Below are positions 58,461-64,000 of a DNA stretch of 64,000 bases, one piece after another. Source of the DNA: Prorocentrum cordatum (taxonomy: Eukaryota); NCBI GenBank assembly GCA_963575745.1, contig CAUYUJ010000115.1, forward strand, positions 248,001 to 312,000, in the 5' to 3' direction. The position numbers and the translations under genes are program-made. Each line of letters begins with the position of its first letter. Position 1 is the first letter of the stretch. Below the pieces are notes generated by a model. It had not been told where the DNA came from. It saw nothing but the letters and a program-made list of their open reading frames with translations, and ran no database searches.

Positions 58461-59954
58461 CTGAGCGTGACTCTGGGTGAAAAAGAAGAAGAGGAGGAGG
58501 AGGAGGAGGAGGAGGAGAGAGGTAAGTGAAAGGAGTCGGCGCTCGCAGCAATCATTCTCAAAAACAAACCGAAGATGGTCGAAACATCGCCCGCAGACTA
58601 TGAACAGGCCCGGCTGAAAACGAAGACCAAGGAGCCCGAGCAACGCCGAGAACGGCCCTCCAAGAAGCGACGCCGCACCCGGGAACCGTGGACCCAGGGA
58701 GCGCCCGAGCACCGCCGGGCGCTGCCTCCTTGTCGGGCGGGCGGTACTGGGGAGGTGACCCAGACGGGGGGGGGAAGAGCAGGGTCCTGAAAGGGCCTTG
58801 GAAGTCGATTTTGGGCACCTGCTGGCTCCAAAAGGGGCCCCAGAGGGCCCCTTCAGGGCCCTTCTCTTCACCCCCCATGTGGGTCGCCCCCCATTACCGC
58901 CCGCCCGACCTTGAGCCTGAGATCCCAGGATGTCTGGTTGATTCATAGCGCGGGAGCGTGACGCCTTCCATCGCAAAACCACCGAGCCCCAAGGAACCCA
59001 GGGCACCCTGGAGGCAAGCAAGGCGTTTCCTTTCGTGTTGTTTTGTGCGTTTTAATGTTTCATATATATATATATATATATATGTGTGTGTATGTGTGTG
59101 TGTTTTCTCACGTTTCTTGGCACCGGTCTCCACTGTCATCCGCTGCTCGGCTGCAGAGAGGGCGCGCATGGGGAGGCGGAGAGGGCGCGGGCGAGGGGAG
59201 GCCACAAAAGGGTGCTGCACACACACACACACACACACTCTCACACACACACAGATTGAACTCTGTCAGGCAACGCCTGCTTGCTGGCGGCGAGCGAGGG
59301 GGGGAAGTGAGAATGAGAAAGCCTTCTCAGAAGGCTCCGAAGTCCCCCGGCCTTCTGAGAAGTTGTCCAAGCCTTCCCCATAAGACGCAAAACACTTCTC
59401 AGAAGGTCGGAGGGCTTCTGAGAAGCCCCGCCGCCTTCGGAGAAGGCTTCTCCTTCTCACTTCCCGCCTGCTCTCCGCCGAGTTTGGGGAATGTCTCAGG
59501 ACGGGAAGCTAATCCCCAGGAAGGGATCGAGATCCCCAGGGGGGGGCGCGTCGCGTTCAAGATGCGCCGTCTGAGGAGAGGGAATGCAGAAAGAGAGAGG
59601 GAGGGAGGCTGGGGAGAGATCAGAGAGAGATGGCGACGTGGCAGAGTGAGGTCGAGAAAGTGAAGGCTCGACAGCGGCACAACGTGCGGTGCACGCGCCG
59701 CTAGGAACTGGTGGGTCAGCTGCGAGGCCAACTGATATCCTATCCCAAAAGCCTAGCAAGCAAGAATTGCCTTGCCAAGGCATCAAGCACGTGGCATCGA
59801 ACCGTCATTGTTCAACGCAACGGATGGCTGCTGCACGCGTGGGTGTCTGCTGCACCCACGGATGGCTGCTGTACCTGGAGACGGAGATGGAGACGAGGGC
59901 GAGGAAGACAGAGGACCAGGAGGCTCTCCCCTAATCACTGGATACTGGAATTTT

Positions 59955-60072
59955 CCAGTCGCGACCGACGAGATCGGTCGCTACCGACTTTGCTTCAAAT
60001 TTCGGTATCGGTCACAACCAGTCGGTCGCGACCGATTTGGAGTGTCGATCGGTCGCTACCGATCGCGACCAA
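59955..60072. repeat. Cluster of palindromic TCGGTCGCGACCGA units
   Basis: At least five variant copies in ~115 bp. Confidence 0.7.
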
Positions 60073-60242
60073 ACAAAACAAATATCCAATGATCTGGGTC
60101 TCTGGAACGTGGAGCCGGGAAGGCTCCGCCGGGGGGGGCACCACCCCCTTCCAGGGCATGGTGCGCTTGCTGTGCGGACGCCGGGGCAGGGATCACCAGC
60201 GCTGGGAAAAGCAACCAGGGGAAAAGAACAATCGGCTGGGCG

Positions 60243-60370
60243 CAGAAGCGACCCTGGGGCAATAGCGACCTTTGGTGCGCGCTTTTCGGGTGCCGCGGGA
60301 AAGGGAATGGGAGAACGGGGACCCCTGTCCGGCCGCACCGAAGGGCACTCCAGCGAAGGGTCGCTTGCGC
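60243..60370. mobile_element. MITE family B, copy 3
   Basis: AAGCGACCCT (60246-60255) / AGGGTCGCTT (60357-60366) is a perfect inverted repeat; inner GACCTTTGGTGCG / CGCACCGAAGGGC. Confidence 0.65.
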
Positions 60371-60524
60371 GAGTGGCCAAAAGGCCCACACCCCACACCT
60401 CCGACGTCGCATTTTTGTTGCACCGCGTGGCTCACTAGAAGTCTGGACTTTTCCCCCCGGGCCGGCTTTTCATCTCGAGCCGTTTTGCTCACGGCCCCGC
60501 GGCCTGGGAAGGGGCCGCCAGACC

Positions 60525-60990
60525 AACAGCAACAAAAAATAGCCCGCCCTCATTATCTTCACAACGACGGGCGGAGGAGAAGGAGGAGGAGGAAGAGGAG
60601 GAGAAGGAGGAGGAGGAGGAGGATTCAGCGGGATGAAGCAGGATTAAGCCAGATTAAGCTGGATTTCGGACCAGGGCGAAATCAGAACTTGACCTCCCAG
60701 GAGTTGCATCCGAGGAGGACGAAGACGACGAGAAGGACGAGGAGGAGGCAGAACAGCACGACGGAGAGGAGGAGGACGAAGAGGAGGAGGAGGCTCTCCA
60801 CCACCAGACCACCACCAACACGACAACAAAAAATGGCCCGCCCTCAGTATCTTCACAACGACGGGCGGAGGAGGAGGAGGAGGAGGAGGAGGAGGAGGAG
60901 GAGGACGACGACGACGAGAAGGAGGCGGAAGAGCACGACGGAGAGGAGGAGGACGAAGAGGAGGAGGAGGCAAACCACCACCAGGCCTCC
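60525..60990. repeat. ~293-bp direct repeat with (GAG)n tracts
   Basis: CAACAAAAAAT(A/G)GCCCGCCCTCA(T/G)TATCTTCACAACGACGGGCGGAGG at ~60530 and ~60823. Segment 60625-60713 is also homologous to 62255-62358. Confidence 0.75.
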
Positions 60991-61475
60991 ACTGGCCCGT
61001 GCCTGGCCGCAGGCCCCGGGCACACACCGGGCCCCCAGCCGGCAGCCCCCGTCACCATGCACGCTCGTGTCGTCGCCGGCCAGGGATCTCGGTCCGCTGG
61101 TTTTTCGGCTGGGGCCTCGCGCTGGAAAAAGCCAAAAAAGAAACGACGGGGGGGTGTTCGCCATTTTAGGCCTCCGGGGGGCCTTCCCGGGCCTCGGGAC
61201 CGTCAAAGAACGACTCGGGATGAAATACCGGTCCCGGGGCAAGGGTCCAGACCTCTGGGGCTCGACGTTGTGAAAAAATCAGGACGTCGAGCCATACGTG
61301 ATCAGACTCATACAATCAAGCCGTATAGTAAGGATGCGCGATAAGAACGCGCAGGGACCTTGGACGCCCATTCCGACACTTTGCGAGAGGGGCGCGGCCA
61401 GCGAGAGTGGCGAAGGATAGGCCGAGGAGGCAAGGAGGACGCAAAGGTACCATTGGGAAGGTTGCCCATCCTGAC

Positions 61476-61656
61476 TACACGTCGTTCATTTCTACTCGTG
61501 CTCATTTCTCAGTGTGCTCGTTTCTAATTGTTCATGGCCCCCTAGTGGCCAGGAAGAGGCCCAGGATAGAACAATTAGAAATGAAAGGATCTTGCCCCCC
61601 CCCCCCCCCCAAAAAAAAAAACAATAACTTCCTAAATATTATACATGAGCAGTGTA
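61476..61656. mobile_element. MITE family A, copy 4 (TA-flanked)
   Basis: Runs from TACACGTCGTTCATTTCTA to ATGAGCAGTGTA. Confidence 0.75.
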
Positions 61657-62389
61657 CTTGTGCAGGTCGACCGTACATGTCAGACCCTCACCTCCGTGTC
61701 TGTATGTCACAGTCACAACAAGGGAGCAGCAGCAAAGTGTGATGGCGCGACTGAGACAAGATGGCAAAACAGGCCCACGCTGAGCGGACACACATTGCCA
61801 GCTGACCGGCAAAGCCGCGCAAAGCCGTCGATGGCACTTGCCACCCGGAAGTAAATCTGATGGGGCTTATAGTAATCCCCCGGCTGAAAGGTGCATTCCT
61901 AAGAGGAAGCACTTGTCTCTCTGATTCTCCAAGCCCAAACCTGATCAACACCCGTCGATAGAATGATGTCGCTGAAAGCTCCCCTACAGTAGGGAGCACT
62001 GAGTTGTCTTTCCCTGTCCTCATCACCCTCCTTCCCCACCTCCCCAACCACCTCCTTCTCCTCCTCCTCGTCATCATCAGCAGCATCATCATCATTCTCA
62101 TCCACGTCCCCAATCATGATCCGCACCATCATCACCAGACACAAAAACACCATTCTGATCATCAGAATCATCATCAGCATCAGCACCACCACCATCACCA
62201 TCATCATTGGGGGCTGCTACGTCGGCATTTGGTCGCGAACTAAGCGAGATTAAGCCGGATGAAGCGGGATTAAGCCGGAGTGCACGGGATCAAGCCAGGG
62301 TAAGCCAGATTTCGGACCAGGGCAAAGCCAGAATTTGACCTCGCAGGAGTCGCATCCGAACAAAAGGTAGCGGTATCGGTACCTGTTCT

Positions 62390-62650
62390 CCTTCTGAGCC
62401 CCACTGCTCCCCAGACCTTTCCGGGATGCGCTCTGACCAGAATTTCGAGGCGAATCCAGCGGTGGCGACGACAGCCTCCCAGGAGGCCCAAAAAAGCGAA
62501 GACGAGGCACAGGGTATAGCGGTTATCGGTATATGTCTTCGTCTGAGCTCCCCTGCTCCTTGGACCTTTCCCAGGGTGCGCTCTGACCAGAACTTGGAGG
62601 CGAATCCAGCGGTGGCGGCGAGGGTTTCCCAGGAGTGCCAAAGAAGGCGA
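62390..62650. repeat. ~150-bp tandem duplication
   Basis: GACCTTT...TGCGCTCTGACCAGAA...GAGGCGAATCCAGCGGTGGCG...TCCCAGGAG occurs at ~62414 and ~62563. Confidence 0.75.
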
Positions 62651-64000
62651 AAACGAGTCGGGGACCTACTGGCCCCAGCCACCAGGTCAATCCAAACCTG
62701 GGTCAGTCGGGCTCTGCAGGATCCTGCAAGATCCTGCACGCAAGCCTGGAGCAGTGCAGCCCTGGCCATGCATGACCCTGCAAGACCTGGCGCTCTGGCT
62801 GACCCCCGTCTGCGTTGACACCCCTGCCCCAAGGCTCCCGAACGAGGCAAACGGTAGCGGTATCGGTACTGGTTTTTCTGAGTAAGACGAGGCCAAGACG
62901 ATGATAACATCGGGTGAGGATGCATCGGGCATCTCTGAGATCTGGCGGCTCTGGAAGATGCCTCGAGCGCCACGGACTTTTCACAGCGTTCCGGAACGCT
63001 CTGAGAGCGTTCTGGGACGCTCTGGAACGGATGTATGCGCCTGGTTTTCACTTCTCGCGATAATTCTCGCGATAACGGGCGCGGTTGGGGAGGGAGGAGG
63101 GGAGTTCGCCCCCCCCCCGATCACATCACGGTAGGAGGGAGCGCCAAAAAACCTAGGAAATCCCCATAGGGTCCGCGGGGAATCTTTACAAATGTGGACT
63201 AAATGGCGTGGCGTGATCCGGGAGGTGGGGGGGGGAGAGGGCCGATCACGGCCGTTCTCGCCAAGACCTTTGCAAAACAGGCTCGATCCTCGTCCCAGAC
63301 TCGTCCGACTGAGCTCCAGCTCCAGCCCCCCGACAAGGCCAGCAAGAAGCAACGCGCACCGCGGCGGGGCGCTCGGGGCCTCTCCCCGCAAGGGCTGTGG
63401 CCTTGCGGTGGCCGCCCGGGGGGCCCCCGGGGAGACGGCCGTAAATGTTGGCCCTCGAGAAGCCAGGGACTGCAGATCTCCGACGATGCGTTTTTTTCCA
63501 GCCCAGCGTTCTGCGCCCGTTTCGGCTTCCTTTGCCCAGACCTGCTGGCGTCCTGATAAGATGAAGATGGCAAGTTCTGGGCCGCTTCTTGATTGGGCGC
63601 GAAATCACTGGGAGCGATGATTTGGGTGGGGCAAAGGAGGGTGTCCTACTCGGCCTCCAAAGGCCCTCTTCTGGGGGTGGCCCCTTCAGGGGCCCTGAAG
63701 GGCCCCTTTTCTGCAGCCCTCGCTGCCCCCCCATCCATCGCCCCCCAATTACGATTCCTCCGAATTGACCTCTGGGAGCCCTTACCAGGCCCCGGGACCT
63801 TAACAAAAACTACTCAGGATGTAAAGTTGGTCCCAGGGGAAAGGGTCGGGACTTCCAGGGACCCCGTACTGATCGAAAATAAAATCTCATCGCATGTCTG
63901 AGTATTGGGCCCGAGCACCATCAGAAACGGATCCATGTTGTTCTGCGTCCTGGCTCCGTTCCTGAGGGGACCATCAGAGAGGGATCCAGGACGATGAGCC

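Overview
GC-rich, microsatellite-laden eukaryotic DNA, almost certainly dinoflagellate. The evidence is a 20/22 match to the dinoflagellate spliced leader (SL) at 18223-18244, a GA-AG intron and an introner-like intron; the genus cannot be determined from the sequence. The main feature is a ~26.4 kb minus-strand non-LTR (LINE-like) retrotransposon at 30957-57334. Its ends are defined by a ~13-bp target-site duplication (TSD), degenerate SL relics at its 5' end, and an uninterrupted copy of its target repeat at 29359-29445. In 5'->3' order it encodes: Cys/His fingers, a RING-H2 finger, an ORF1-like region, a DNMT3-like C5 cytosine methyltransferase, an APE endonuclease, a reverse transcriptase, a CCHC knuckle, RNase H, a U1/matrin-type zinc finger, a Upf1/DNA2-like SF1 helicase, a possible RNase III-like domain and further orphan ORFs. 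This copy is decayed (frameshifts, premature stops). It is nested inside a small AAT-bounded element with sub-terminal inverted repeats and a GCGAAGC mini-hairpin, which itself splits a (GAGTCT)-type satellite. The window also holds a decayed, apparently endonuclease-less Penelope-like retroelement with an SL relic and microsatellite-containing flanking repeats. There is one probable host gene (a DxD glycosyltransferase-like protein with three exons), two MITE families, and many tandem and simple repeats. All domain calls come from motif recognition by eye; no searches were run.
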